Source: a virus (Duplodnaviria > Heunggongvirae > Uroviricota > Caudoviricetes). From it: 62,425 bases of DNA. The stretch lies in IMG/VR virus record IMGVR_UViG_2877269240_000007; one strand, 5' to 3'. The notes below the pieces were generated by a model. It was not told where the DNA came from, made no database searches, and saw nothing but the letters and a program-made list of their open reading frames with translations. How positions within the stretch are numbered: the first letter of the stretch is position 1; each line of letters begins with the position of its first letter. Positions 10,809 to 22,640 of the stretch are shown piece by piece. The translations under genes were made by a program, and so were the position numbers.

Positions 10809-10964
10809 TTACTCACCTGAATGTCTTCCCAACCAACGACGTGCGCCAGCTTCGGTTTTAAACGTTTTGCTTTTGGTATACGTTATGGCGGTGAATGTGC
10901 CGTCCTGGTTGGGGAACACGCCGTACACCGGAGATTCGTTGTTGCCAAGATCGATAGTATTCAT
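10809..10964 (-). CDS. YdfA-like small prophage protein
   Basis: 51-aa MNTIDLGNNESPVYGVFPNQDGTF...; first gene downstream of dicA-like repressor as in Qin. Confidence 0.45.
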   Translation of the reverse strand: MNTIDLGNNESPVYGVFPNQDGTFTAITYTKSKTFKTEAGARRWLGRHSGE

Positions 10965-11166
10965 GTTGACCCCATTTCCCCTTAACGCCGGGGTAGCGGA
11001 ACTGTTTGCTGAGAACACCGTGCGGTGTCTTGATGAATAAAATTTAGAATAACCTAAGGAGGGTGATCAAGATTTTTATGTAGAAAAACCTAAGTTTTTT
11101 GATGTAAAAAACACAAGTGTTTGAAAGTTTGTGCTTTTTATTACAGGGTGTGGAGAAAAAAGGGGA

Positions 11167-11574
11167 TTATTTGTTTGCGCTTCTTTTGCGAGCTTTGAGT
11201 AGTTCTTCAAAAAGTTTGTTGAAATTTTCAACTCGAGCACGCATCTCTGACAACAGGGCCTTTTGCTCTGACTCAGGCAGTGCGTCGAACAGTTGAAGTA
11301 ACTCTTTTTGATCTTCTGTCAGAATGGCTGGCTGATTATCCGGGATCGGTTCGCCTGGTTGTTTATCTTCATCCCCAAAAAGAAGCCAAGTCGGTGAGCA
11401 CTGAAGCGCTTGGCTCAGTGCGAATAATCTTTTCCCCGCCGGCTGTGTTTCATCTCTTTCCCATTGAGAAATTGTTACGTGAGCCACTTTGACCAGCTTA
11501 CCTAATGCGGCCTGAGACAGTTTTAATTTTTTACGCCTATGTAAGAGGCGAGCACCGAAGGTTTCGTTTTTCAT
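11167..11574 (-). CDS. dicA: DicA-like HTH (XRE/cI-type) repressor
   Basis: 135 aa; strong similarity to E. coli DicA (...LFALSQALQCSPTWLLFGDEDKQP...FNKLFEELLKA). Confidence 0.85.
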   Translation of the reverse strand: MKNETFGARLLHRRKKLKLSQAALGKLVKVAHVTISQWERDETQPAGKRLFALSQALQCSPTWLLFGDEDKQPGEPIPDNQPAILTEDQKELLQLFDALPESEQKALLSEMRARVENFNKLFEELLKARKRSANK

Positions 11575-11650
11575 ATTAGGGAATTCTAATTTTTCTTGAC
11601 TTAGGTTTCTCTACGGCCTGGTTTCCTTAGGAAAATCTAAGGAGCTCGAT
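11575..11650. promoter_or_regulatory. divergent promoter/operator region between dicA-like and dicC-like genes
   Basis: 76-bp intergenic region between divergent repressor and Cro-like genes with partial dyad TTAGG...CCTTAGG. Confidence 0.4.
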
Positions 11651-11878
11651 ATGTTGAAAATTGATGCTATAGCGTTTTTTGGCAGCAAAACAAAGCTTGC
11701 CAATGCCGCAGGAGTTAGGTTGGCAAGCATTGCTGCATGGGGGGAACTGGTTCCTGAAGGTCGCGCGATGCGCCTGCAAGAGGCATCTGGCGGGGAACTT
11801 CAGTACGACCCCAAAGTTTATGACGAATATCGTAAGGCAAAACGACCTGGGAAGGTGATTCATGAAAATCAGGCATGA
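11651..11878 (+). CDS. dicC: DicC-like (Cro-type) regulator
   Basis: 75 aa MLKIDAIAFFGSKTKLANAAG...; RBS AAGGAG. Confidence 0.8.
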   Translation: MLKIDAIAFFGSKTKLANAAGVRLASIAAWGELVPEGRAMRLQEASGGELQYDPKVYDEYRKAKRPGKVIHENQA

Positions 11879-12284
11879 GCACATCGAATCAGTGCTGTTA
11901 GCCTTGGCAGCCGAAAAAGGGCAGGCGTGGGTCGCTAACGCAATTACTGAAGAATATCTGCGGCAGGGGGGCGGCGAATTGTCTCTGGTACCAGGCAAGG
12001 ACTGGAACAATCAGCAGAATATCTATCACCGTTGGTTGAAAGGTGAAACGAAAGCGCAAAGGGAAAAAATTCAGAAACTGATCCCTGCGGTTCTGGCAAT
12101 TCTTCCGCGTGAGCTGCGTCACCGACTCTGTATCTTCGATACCCTGGAACGCCGTGCATTACTGGCGGCGCAGGAAGCGTTGAGTACGGCAATTGATGCG
12201 CATGATGATGCTGTCCAGGCCGTTTACCGGAAAGCACATTTCAGCGGTGGTGGGTCGCCCGGCGATTCTGTCGTAGTGCATTGA
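11862..12284 (+). CDS. YdaT-like (CII-like) prophage protein
   Basis: 140 aa; follows Cro-like gene as in Rac ydaS-ydaT. Confidence 0.55.
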   Translation: MKIRHEHIESVLLALAAEKGQAWVANAITEEYLRQGGGELSLVPGKDWNNQQNIYHRWLKGETKAQREKIQKLIPAVLAILPRELRHRLCIFDTLERRALLAAQEALSTAIDAHDDAVQAVYRKAHFSGGGSPGDSVVVH

Positions 12285-12361
12285 TTGAAATTAATCGTGC
12301 CGGATTGTTTTGTTCGGTATCAGTTAAATGTAACGCTGCGAGCGTTACAAGGTGAAAACAA

Positions 12362-13145
12362 ATGGCTTCAAACTGGATAAAGCTCGAGGTTATTACGCCG
12401 GATAAGCCGGAAATATTCAGGCTTGCTGAGATTCTGAATATTGATCCAGATGCCGCATTAGGGAAGGTTATTCGCTTCTGGGCATGGGCGGATCAACAAA
12501 TGATAGACGGTAATGCAGATTGTAACGCTCGCGGCGTTACAAAAAGTGCAATAGATCGCATCACTTTTATGTCTGGTTTTGCTGATGCGTTAATTCAGGT
12601 TGGATGGCTGGTCGAAAATGACGGTGGGCTTTCTCTACCTAACTTTGAACGTCATAACGGAAAAAGCTCTAAAAAACGGGCGGTTACAAACGAGCGAGTA
12701 ACAAAAATACGCGAACTGAAACGAAAAGGTAACGCTGCCAGCGTTACACAAACGGATCAAAAAGCGTTACCAGTGGAAGAGGAAGAGGAAGAGGAAGATC
12801 TAAATACTGATCTCCCCCTAAATCCCCCTCGCCAAAAACGAGCGTCTAAAAAATTCGAGCCGGAGGCTATTGAGCTGCCCGATTGGTTGCCGGAAACACT
12901 CTGGCATGAGTGGGTCCGGTTCAGACAGGCATTGCGAAAACCGATTCGAACGGAGCAGGGCGATACGGGAACTGGAAAAATTCCGTCAGCAGGGTTTTAC
13001 ACCTGAGCAGGTGATTCGACACAGCATCGCCAATGAATACCAGGGCCTGTTCGCGCCGAAAGGTGTTCGGCCTGAGACGTTGCTCCGACAGGTTAACACC
13101 GTCTCGTTGCCGGACAGTGCGATCCCGCCAGGCTTCAGGGGGTAA
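12362..13145 (+). pseudogene. YdaU-like replication-associated protein gene, frameshifted
   Basis: N-terminal frame 12362-13006 and C-terminal frame 12870-13145 (...EKFRQQGFTPEQVIRHSIANEYQGLF) overlap; shift near 12950-12965. Confidence 0.55.
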
Positions 13146-13151
13146 CGGACC

Positions 13152-13898
13152 ATGAAAAATATTGCGACAGGCGGCGTTCTGGAACGCATCCGCCGACTGA
13201 CCCCGCAACATGTAACCGCCCCATTCAGAACGGTAGCGGAGTGGCGCGAGTGGCAACTTGCTGAAGGCCAGAAACGTAGCGAGGAGATCAACCGCCTGAA
13301 TCGCCAGTTGCGGGTGGAAAAAATTCTGAATCGCTCAGGCATCCAGCCGTTGCACCGTAAATGCTCGTTTGCGAATTACCAGGTGCAGAACGACGGCCAG
13401 CGATACGCGTTAAGCCAGGCGAAATCCATCGCCGATGAACTGATGACCGGGTGTACAAATTTTGCGTTCAGCGGAAAACCTGATACCGGGTAGAATCACT
13501 TAGCGGCAGCTATCGGGAATCGCCTGCTGAAAGACGGTCAGACAGTGATTGTGGTTACCGTGGCTGATGTTATGAGCGCCCTGCACGCCAGCTATGACGA
13601 TGGGCAGTCAGGCGAAAAATTTTTGCGGGAGCTGTGCGAAGTGGATCTGCTGGTTCTTGATGAAATTGGCATTCAGCGCGAGACGAAAAACGAGCAGGTG
13701 GTGCTGCACCAGATTGTTGATCGCCGGACAGCGTCGATGCGCAGCGTGGGGATGCTGACAAACCTGAACTATGAGGTGATGAAAACATTGCTCGGCGAGC
13801 GGGTGATGGATCGCATGGTCATGAACGGCGGGCGCTGGGTTAATTTTAACTGGGAGAGCTGGCGTCCGAATGTTAGCCATTCGAGGGTTGTTAAGTAG
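13152..13898 (+). pseudogene. DnaC-like helicase loader gene with in-frame amber in Walker A
   Basis: GKPDTG-TAG-NHLAAAIG: the Walker A lysine codon position is TAG (13491-13493); frame continuous to 13898. Confidence 0.7.
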
Positions 13899-13912
13899 TT
13901 TCAGGAGGATTT

Positions 13913-14335
13913 ATGGCGAAACCTTTTACTCCCGAACAGCGGGAAGAACTGAAGACGCGAATTGTGGAACTCGTGCATCAGGACGGTCGGGTCACGATTC
14001 GGCAGTTGTCCGATGAAACAGGTATCAGTCGTGCGTCTGTCGGTCGCTTATGCATAGAACTGGTCGCAAGTGGTGATGTATATAATTCTGGCTACGGCTT
14101 ATTCCCGTCTGAACAGGCTCGCAAGGACTGGCAAAGCGCCCGCAAAAAACTCTCGAGAGTAAAGGTGAGGAAACCGGTTGTTGTTGATCCGGACCTTATC
14201 TGGTCATTACCTGACGGAGAAATACGCCGCTACGACAGGCGCCTGAATATAATCTGTCGCGAGTGCCGGAAGAGCGAAGCTATGCAGCGTGTACTGGCTT
14301 TCTATCAGGGTAATTTTCAGGAGGCGATACTGTGA
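13913..14335 (+). CDS. hypothetical prophage protein (YdaW position)
   Basis: 140-aa ORF with RBS AGGAGG. Confidence 0.45.
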   Translation: MAKPFTPEQREELKTRIVELVHQDGRVTIRQLSDETGISRASVGRLCIELVASGDVYNSGYGLFPSEQARKDWQSARKKLSRVKVRKPVVVDPDLIWSLPDGEIRRYDRRLNIICRECRKSEAMQRVLAFYQGNFQEAIL

Positions 14336-14392
14336 ATGAAATTAGCTATCAGGCTTCAATTACCGCTGGCATTCGCATCAAAGGAGAGGAGC

Positions 14393-14749
14393 ATGGAAAT
14401 AAAACCAGAAGATGAGTTAAGCAATATCGTTTTATTTCCGATAAAAGAGGATGACCCTCGTAATCAGGTTAATTTTCTTTATAAGCCATCGGAAAGACCA
14501 TATTGCCATCACGCCTCTGTACGGGTTGACGAAAAAGAGCGTCAGGTCCGCTGTAAAATCTGCGGTGCGGTTGTGGAGCCGTTTGACTGGATGCTCTCTG
14601 TGGCAAAAAGAGAAACCAGACTGGCAGATGATGTAAGGCTATTGCGCCAGGAGGAACAGGAAAGGCGGAGAAATATAGAAAAGCTGATACAGATTGAGCG
14701 TAACGCGAAAGCGCGGATACGCAGGGCGACAAAATCCAGAACTGAATAA
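14393..14749 (+). CDS. hypothetical zinc-ribbon-like prophage protein
   Basis: ATG with RBS AAGGAGAG; CHH...CxxC motif. Confidence 0.45.
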   Translation: MEIKPEDELSNIVLFPIKEDDPRNQVNFLYKPSERPYCHHASVRVDEKERQVRCKICGAVVEPFDWMLSVAKRETRLADDVRLLRQEEQERRRNIEKLIQIERNAKARIRRATKSRTE

Positions 14750-14896
14750 TTAAATTTAGCACTGTTAAAAATTTAATCCTTAACCGGAGGGATTTCTGCA
14801 CCCTCAAATCATCAGGAGACCGCCCGAAAGGGCGGGGAGCAGTCACACATCTGTTTCCGATAGCCCCGTTCTAATGCTACACTCTTTGATATTTTT

Positions 14897-15583
14897 ATGA
14901 CCTCAATAAACATATTTATGACAGTTGCTGATTTCAAACGGCCCAAATTGGAGCTCCCAAACGGGGCAAACAAACTACTACTGCACTCTTGCTGTGCTCC
15001 ATGTTCCGGTGAGGTGATGGAGGCGCTTCAGGCCTCGGGAATCGACTACACCATCTTTTTCTACAACCCGAACATTCATCCTCAGAAAGAGTATTTAATT
15101 CGTAAGGATGAGAATATTCGCTTTGCTGAACAACACGGCGTGCCGTTTATTGATGCTGATTACGACACAGACAACTGGTTTGAACGAGCCAAAGGAATGG
15201 AATGGGAGCCCGAACGAGGGATCCGTTGCACCATGTGTTTTGACATGCGTTTTGAGCGGACAGCGCTGTACGCCGCTGAAAATGGTTTCAGTGTGATCAG
15301 CAGTTCACTGGGCATTTCACGCTGGAAAAATATGCAGCAGGTTAACGACTGTGGGCGGCGAGCCGTCGCGCATTATCCGGGCATGGTGTACTGGGATTAT
15401 AACTGGCGCAAGCAGGGCGGCTCGTCCCGTATGATTGAAATCAGCAAGCGCGAAAAATTCTATCAGCAGGAATATTGTGGCTGTGTGTATTCTCTGCGCG
15501 ATACCAATCTACACCGCAAATCTCAGGGACGCCCTCTTATCAAAATTGGTCAACTCCACTACGGTAAAGAAGAGAAGGAGTGA
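14897..15583 (+). CDS. queH: QueH-like (DUF208) epoxyqueuosine reductase homolog
   Basis: [11 protein letters not shown] motif and downstream conserved Cys residues; start uncertain (14897 or 14918). Confidence 0.55.
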   Translation: MTSINIFMTVADFKRPKLELPNGANKLLLHSCCAPCSGEVMEALQASGIDYTIFFYNPNIHPQKEYLIRKDENIRFAEQHGVPFIDADYDTDNWFERAKGMEWEPERGIRCTMCFDMRFERTALYAAENGFSVISSSLGISRWKNMQQVNDCGRRAVAHYPGMVYWDYNWRKQGGSSRMIEISKREKFYQQEYCGCVYSLRDTNLHRKSQGRPLIKIGQLHYGKEEKE

Positions 15584-15810
15584 TTTTATGGGGCACCTTT
15601 CTGATTGATTTCATATTGGCGAGGTAAGTAGAATGACTGCGGGTGCTTGAGGCTATCTGCTTCAGGCATGAACACCAAAAGGCAGATAGAGAAAAGCCCC
15701 AGTTAACATTACGCGTCCGGCAAGACGCTTAACATTAATCTGAGGCCAATTTCATGCTTTGCACATGTAGGTTAGCCTCTTACATGCCGAAAGGCAAGGA
15801 GAAGCAGGCT

Positions 15811-15966
15811 ATGAAGCAGCAAAAGGCGATGTTAATCGCCCTGATCGTCATCTGTTTAACCGTCATAGTGACGGCACTGGTAACGAGGAAAGACCTCTGT
15901 GAGGTACGAATCCGAACCGGCCAGACGGAGGTCGCTGTCTTCGTAGACTACGAATCCAGGAAGTAA
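15811..15966 (+). CDS. hokD: Hok/Gef-family type I toxin (HokD/RelF-like)
   Basis: MKQQKAMLIALIVICLTVIVTALVTRKDLCEVRIRTGQTEVAVF...; overlapping upstream mok-like frame from 15754. Confidence 0.85.
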   Translation: MKQQKAMLIALIVICLTVIVTALVTRKDLCEVRIRTGQTEVAVFVDYESRK

Positions 15967-16043
15967 GAGTGACCGGGTGGGGAGCTGATCCCATCCCCGC
16001 CCACCTCTGATGTGTCAGGCATCCTCAACGCACCCGCACTTAA

Positions 16044-16087
16044 CCCGCCCATCGCTGTGATCTCTCAGCGTTTCGGCGGGTTTTTTG
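16044..16087 (+). terminator. intrinsic terminator downstream of hok
   Basis: CCCGCC...GGCGGG stem followed by T6. Confidence 0.4.
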
Positions 16088-16215
16088 TTGTTTATTTCCG
16101 GTGAATTTGATTCGCGCACCTTCGCAGATAGAATCGACTCACTTAAGTAGCGCGCAGGGAGAAGAGGGATGGACCCCGAACAGGGGAGAGCTATTTATCT
16201 GGAAGGATTCTGAAG

Positions 16216-16503
16216 ATGAAAATCGAAGAATTGCGTGAAATTTTTAGTGAAAATGGCCTCTATGCTGTGCGCGTTGAGAATGGAGCGATTGTCAGCCATT
16301 GCCGCATTAGATGTTTGCAATCTCAACAAAGGAAGAGCGGTGCTGTGTTATTTTATTTTTGTAATGGACTTCTGACGGACGGTTTTATTTTGCGTGAGGA
16401 CGAATTTGTCACATCATTACGGGTTTTGAAAAAGATTGGTTTTAAGGCTGGTTTTCTGCTTTTGCTGAAGAATAAACTCATCTACAATCTTGAGCAGGAT
16501 TGA
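16216..16503 (+). CDS. hypothetical prophage protein
   Basis: 95-aa ORF. Confidence 0.4.
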   Translation: MKIEELREIFSENGLYAVRVENGAIVSHCRIRCLQSQQRKSGAVLFYFCNGLLTDGFILREDEFVTSLRVLKKIGFKAGFLLLLKNKLIYNLEQD

Positions 16504-16953
16504 ACTCCTGCTGTGTAACACCGTGCCACCGGAGAAAGCCGATGGCACATATACAACTGGTCAAACAAACCTCTTCCGGATTACTTCTCCCGGCGACGCC
16601 GGAGAGTTGCGATTTTCTGCATCAAATCAAAATAGGTGAGTGGATACACGCAGACTTTAAGCGTGTGCGTAACTACGCATTCCACAAGCGTTTTTTCAAA
16701 CTCCTGCAACTGGGTTTCGTTTACTGGACTCCGGTCGGTGGGGCGATCACGCCTCGCGAACGAAAACTGGTGTCCGGTTTCGTTGATTACCTGTGTGAAT
16801 CAGTAGGCCGGGAACATACGCCAGCTCTGAGCGAAGCGGCAGAGCAATATCTGAATACAGTTGCGACACGCAGAACCCGTGATACGGCATTGCTAAAGTC
16901 GTTTGAGGCTTGAGGTGTACTGGCAATAGCGGACACTACCATTTGTTCTTTTT

Positions 16954-17772
16954 TTAAGCAGTCATCTGATGATATTTTTCCCTGAAGGCTGCCGGGGAGA
17001 TATTCCCCAGACGAGAGTGACGACGCTGACGATTGTAGAAAATCTCAATGTATTCCCGTATTACTGAGATGGCTTCATCCCGGTTATTAAAACGATAGTG
17101 GCTCAGGCTCTCATTTTTCAGCGTTCCCCAGAAGCTTTCCATCGGAGCGTTGTCGTAACAGTTACCTTTACGCGACATTGATGTTTTCAGACCAGACTGC
17201 TCCTGTATGACCCGGTAATCGTATGCGCAGTACTGTGAACCTCGATCAGAGTGGTGGATTAGCCCGGCAGGTGGGCGCTGGCTCCTGAGCGCCATAAACA
17301 GGGCTTTACCTGTCAGCTCTTTTGTCATGCGCTCTCCCATGGCGTAGCCGACAATTTCGCACGTATAAACATCTTTGATGCCAGCGAGGTACAACCATCC
17401 CTCCTGTGTGGCAACATACGTCAGGTCCGCCACCCAGACCTGATTTGGTGCTGTAGGAGCGAACGTCTGGTTCAGCAGATTTGGCGCAACTGGCAGATTG
17501 TGGTTCGGGTTCGTAGTCGCTCTGAACTTGCGTTTCTGCTTACAGCGTAGCCTCAGCTCCTTACGAAGACGTGCCAGTCGGTCACGACCAACGATGATGC
17601 CATTCTCTGCCAGCTCCGTCTGGAGCCGCCGGGTTCCATATGTTTCGCGAGTGCGGATATGTGCCACCTTAATCTCCAGTTTTAGCCGCTCATCACTTTG
17701 TTTTCTGTCTGAGGGTTCATGCTGTACCCAGTTGTAATAACCGCTCCTGGATACACCAAATACCTGACACAT
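16954..17772 (-). CDS. IS600 OrfB
   Basis: 272 aa. Confidence 0.85.
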   Translation of the reverse strand: MCQVFGVSRSGYYNWVQHEPSDRKQSDERLKLEIKVAHIRTRETYGTRRLQTELAENGIIVGRDRLARLRKELRLRCKQKRKFRATTNPNHNLPVAPNLLNQTFAPTAPNQVWVADLTYVATQEGWLYLAGIKDVYTCEIVGYAMGERMTKELTGKALFMALRSQRPPAGLIHHSDRGSQYCAYDYRVIQEQSGLKTSMSRKGNCYDNAPMESFWGTLKNESLSHYRFNNRDEAISVIREYIEIFYNRQRRHSRLGNISPAAFREKYHQMTA

Positions 17773-17807
17773 CGCTTCAATGGGAAATTGTTGTCGCCAT
17801 TGTTCGA

Positions 17808-18110
17808 TTAACGCGTATTTTTCAGCGACTCCTGTGCAAAATACGCTGTTGCTTTTTTTAATATATCTCGCTCAAGGCGAGCTTCATTTAACGCCTTACG
17901 CAGTTGCAGAATTTCAGATTCCAGTTCAGCCACCGTGCGGGAACCAGGAGTACCGAGCCCTTTTCTGGCGGCGGTAACCCATTGTCCTAAAGTGCCTTCA
18001 GGAAGGGATAATCGGGAAGCGCCTTCACTGATCGAAAGTTGATTTTCAAGAACCGTTCTGACAGCTTCGGCTTTGAACTCTTTAGAGTAACGTTGGGTTT
18101 TTCTGCTCAT
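17808..18110 (-). CDS. IS600 OrfA
   Basis: 100 aa. Confidence 0.85.
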   Translation of the reverse strand: MSRKTQRYSKEFKAEAVRTVLENQLSISEGASRLSLPEGTLGQWVTAARKGLGTPGSRTVAELESEILQLRKALNEARLERDILKKATAYFAQESLKNTR

Positions 18111-18407
18111 TATTAGCTCCTTCTGATGCCATTCTATTTCAGGAAGGAGTGTCCGTTAAACTCAGGCTACCTCAGCTTTCCGCGAGTGGGTAGCCATTCA
18201 GGCCGGATTTTACACCGAGCATTTTTATCCGGACGGTAGCCGTGGGTGTCGGGCGAAATCTATCGCGTTTGCGAATATGGACGAAACCGAGTTTCAGCAG
18301 GTTTATAAATCTGTACTGAATGTGCTGTGGAACTGGATTCTGTTCCGTAAATTTTCCTCTCCGGAACAAGTCGAAAATGTGGCCGCGCAGCTGCTGGAGT
18401 TTGCGTA

Positions 18408-18698
18408 ATGGTGGATTTACTTAAAGCGGCGCGGGGGCAGATGTGCACCGTCAGAATTCCTGGCTACTGCAATCACGATCCGGAAACGTCTGTGCTGGCG
18501 CATTACCGACTGGCGGGAACGTGCGGAACAGCGATAAAGCCACACGATATGCAGGCAGCGATTGCCTGTAGCTCGTGCCACGATTTAATCGACGGGCGGG
18601 TAAAAACCAGCGATTACACCAAAGAAGAATTACGCCTGATGCATGCAGAAGGTGTTTTTCGCACACAAGAAATCTGGAGAAAGGAGGGATATTTATGA
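18408..18698 (+). CDS. ybcO: YbcO-like (DUF1364) zinc-binding prophage protein
   Basis: MVDLLKAARGQMCTVRIPGYCNHDPETSVLAHYRL...ACSSCHD; matches DLP12 YbcO pattern. Confidence 0.65.
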   Translation: MVDLLKAARGQMCTVRIPGYCNHDPETSVLAHYRLAGTCGTAIKPHDMQAAIACSSCHDLIDGRVKTSDYTKEELRLMHAEGVFRTQEIWRKEGYL

Positions 18699-18881
18699 TT
18701 TACCCAACGAATACAGGAAAAAGCGGAGAACACCTTCGTCTCACCACGCTGGAAAGTGTCTGGATTCAGGGAAAACTACGTATGTGGGGGCGCTGGTCGT
18801 ATATTGGTGTGAAGTGGCACACTGAATTTGGCCACCTGAACAGAGGTGATATGCTCACCTCAGAACAACACAGGTGCTCCA

Positions 18882-20050
<1,169 letters not shown>

Positions 20051-20579
20051 CCACTTCAGTGGCGGTAAGACGGGGAATATGTTTAACCTGATGTTGACCT
20101 CTAAAAAGCTGACAAAAACGGCAATTAACGAGGCGCTCCGGAGGATGAAAAAAGCAGGTCTGAACAAGTCTGAACTTGAGGCTTTTTTGCGGGATATGAT
20201 TAACGGTAAGCAAAAGAGCTGGCTGGCGCATTGTACTGATGCAGAGGCGTTATGTATTGATCGGGTCATAAGTGAGGTGCTGGCAGAGCATCCAGGATTG
20301 ATTAGCGTCCTTCGGCAACGGTATGAGGGGCGGGGGATGACCAAATGCAAAATGGCTGAACTGCTGAATGATGCACACCCGAAATGGAGTTTAAGAACCT
20401 GTGAAAGACGCATTGAGCATTGGCTAAAGGTGGCAGAATTTATTTTGTACAAACCAATGGTTATGGCTTTTGGTATAGAGAAAAAAGTTATTGCTTTTTG
20501 ACGTAAAAACTGCTTCAATTCTTGTACGCTTCGCAAAGCTGTACCGCGAGGCGAATAGCAGACATGGACATTTGAAAGA

Positions 20580-20607
20580 GCCCGCTTTATGCGGTTTTTT
20601 TTATACC
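20580..20607 (+). terminator. possible intrinsic terminator before tRNA cassette 1
   Basis: CCCGC-TTTAT-GCGG plus T8. Confidence 0.35.
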
Positions 20608-20690
20608 TGAAAAACGGCACAGGACGTTAAACGTGCTGGTGATCAGATGAGTTTGCAGATGTGATGACATATGGTTATTATTCTGCCTCC

Positions 20691-20767
20691 GGCCCTTTAG
20701 CTCAGTTGGTCAGAGCGAGCGACTCATAATCGCCAGGTCGCTGGTTCAAGTCCAGCAAGGGCCACCA
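20691..20767 (+). tRNA. tRNA anticodon CAU (Ile2/Met-type, ileZ-like)
   Basis: cloverleaf with anticodon loop CTCATAA; resembles E. coli ileX. Confidence 0.8.
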
Positions 20768-20768
20768 A

Positions 20769-20845
20769 CCACCACTAGCTCATCCGGATAGAGCATCAAC
20801 CTTCTAAGTTGACGGTGCGAGGTTCGAGTCCTCGGTGGTGGGCCA
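20769..20845 (+). tRNA. tRNA-Arg (UCU)
   Basis: acceptor CCACCAC/GTGGTGG, anticodon loop CTTCTAA. Confidence 0.8.
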
Positions 20846-20847
20846 GC

Positions 20848-20922
<75 letters not shown>

Positions 20923-20925
20923 TAT

Positions 20926-21000
<75 letters not shown>

Positions 21001-21680
21001 GCGAGATTTGAGACGAAGGTTGTTATTTGCACTGACACAATATTGTGTGGGAATGTCTGACTCCTTACCATCTCCTGTTCTGTGATGTTGTTTTGTTGCA
21101 GTTCCAGTGCTCTTTTTTCAGCACCAGAATGGTGCATTGTCGGTCAGGTTACGTAGTGAACCTCTGGCAGGGGACTGATAATGCATCATTCTGGTGTTGT
21201 AAATATCTCTTCGGACAACTTACAAAATATTCTAAGCAAACCCCGGGAACACACTCTTAACTGCCTTGGTTGGCGGTTTTTTGTACAGTGCTCGGTATGT
21301 GTGAGCTGGAAATCAGATTTTGCATGGACTGGAATCATGCTGTTATTTAGGGGCGAAGAACTGGCTTTTTCTTCCGCCTTCTCACCAGTAACGATTAGAA
21401 AAATAATGAAATGCCCCCTCCGGGGAGGAGGACCGTAGAAAAAAGGACCCGCCAGCAAAAACATTGGGGATGAACAGCTTTCGCTACTCAGATTGCTGGC
21501 GGGTAAAGTTCCTCATGAATTAAGAATGCTACGCGATCTTTTTTAATGGAAATGAAAATTATTGTCAATTAGTCGTGCGTGTTTTTTCATACAATATTGG
21601 TAAAGGTGATTCAGGCCATCAGAGTTTTGCTGATGGCCTTTTTTCTTTCCGATAGCACAGGTCTGTCGGGGGGGCGGGAT

Positions 21681-21770
21681 ATGTATCAGATGGAAAAAAT
21701 ATCAACAGGCATTGCCTACGGCACCTCCGCCGGCAGTGCCGGCTACTGGTTTTTGCAGTGGTTGGATCAG
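21681..21770 (+). pseudogene. holin gene 5' fragment truncated by IS600
   Basis: [30 protein letters not shown] matches N-terminus of the intact holin at 32116; IS600 begins at 21771. Confidence 0.6.
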
Positions 21771-21813
21771 TGAGGTGTACTGGCAATAGCGGACACTACC
21801 ATTTGTTCTTTTT

Positions 21814-22605
21814 TTAAGCAGCCATCTGATGATATTTTTCCCTGAAGGCTGCCGGGGAGATATTCCCCAGACGAGAGTGACGACGCTGACGATTGTAGAA
21901 AATCTCAATGTATTCCCGTATTACTGAGATGGCTTCATCCCGGTTATTAAAACGATAGTGGCTCAGGCTCTCATTTTTCAGCGTTCCCCAGAAGCTTTCC
22001 ATCGGAGCGTTGTCGTAACAGTTACCTTTACGCGACATTGATGTTTTCAGACCAGACTGCTCCTGTATGACCCGGTAATCGTATGCGCAGTACTGTGAAC
22101 CTCGATCAGAGTGGTGGATTAGCCCGGCAGGTGGGCGCTGGCTCCTGAGCGCCATAAACAGGGCTTTACCTGTCAGCTCTTTTGTCATGCGCTCTCCCAT
22201 GGCGTAGCCGACAATTTCGCACGTATAAACATCTTTGATGCCAGCAACATACGTCAGGTCCGCCACCCAGACCTGATTTGGTGCTGTAGGAGCGAACGTC
22301 TGGTTCAGCAGATTTGGCGCAACTGGCAGATTGTGGTTCGGGTTCGTAGTCGCTCTGAACTTGCGTTTCTGCTTACAGCGTAGCCTTAGCTCCTTACGAA
22401 GACGTGCCAGTCGGTCACGACCAACGATGATGCCATTCTCTGCCAGCTCCGTCTGGAGCCGCCGGGTTCCATATGTTTCGCGAGTGCGGATATGTGCCAC
22501 CTTAATCTCCAGTTTTAGCCGCTCATCACTTTGTTTTCTGTCTGAGGGTTCATGCTGTACCCAGTTGTAATAACCGCTCCTGGATACACCAAATACCTGA
22601 CACAT
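21814..22605 (-). CDS. IS600 OrfB (9-aa deletion variant)
   Basis: 263 aa. Confidence 0.8.
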   Translation of the reverse strand: MCQVFGVSRSGYYNWVQHEPSDRKQSDERLKLEIKVAHIRTRETYGTRRLQTELAENGIIVGRDRLARLRKELRLRCKQKRKFRATTNPNHNLPVAPNLLNQTFAPTAPNQVWVADLTYVAGIKDVYTCEIVGYAMGERMTKELTGKALFMALRSQRPPAGLIHHSDRGSQYCAYDYRVIQEQSGLKTSMSRKGNCYDNAPMESFWGTLKNESLSHYRFNNRDEAISVIREYIEIFYNRQRRHSRLGNISPAAFREKYHQMAA

Positions 22606-22640
22606 CGCTTCAATGGGAAATTGTTGTCGCCATTGTTCGA

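Larger units (their letters stand above)
16911..18174 (-). mobile_element. IS600, full length, with 3-bp target duplication GCT
   Basis: 1264 bp; GCT on both flanks. Confidence 0.9.
16542..18408 (+). pseudogene. phage hypothetical protein gene interrupted by IS600
   Basis: frame rejoins across IS600 (16911-18174) after removing one GCT duplication; restored ORF ends ...AAQLLEFA. Confidence 0.6.

Noticed and set aside
14750-14896. GC hairpin CCGCCC-GAAA-GGGCGG as terminator
   Set aside because: No T-run on either strand; may be a structural element but not a convincing intrinsic terminator
21001-21680. Possible toxin or moron genes between tRNA cassette 1 and the holin (the slot where stx sits in Stx phages)
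   Set aside because: Only short overlapping ORFs (85 and 92 aa) without RBS or recognisable motifs; no A-B toxin-like genes
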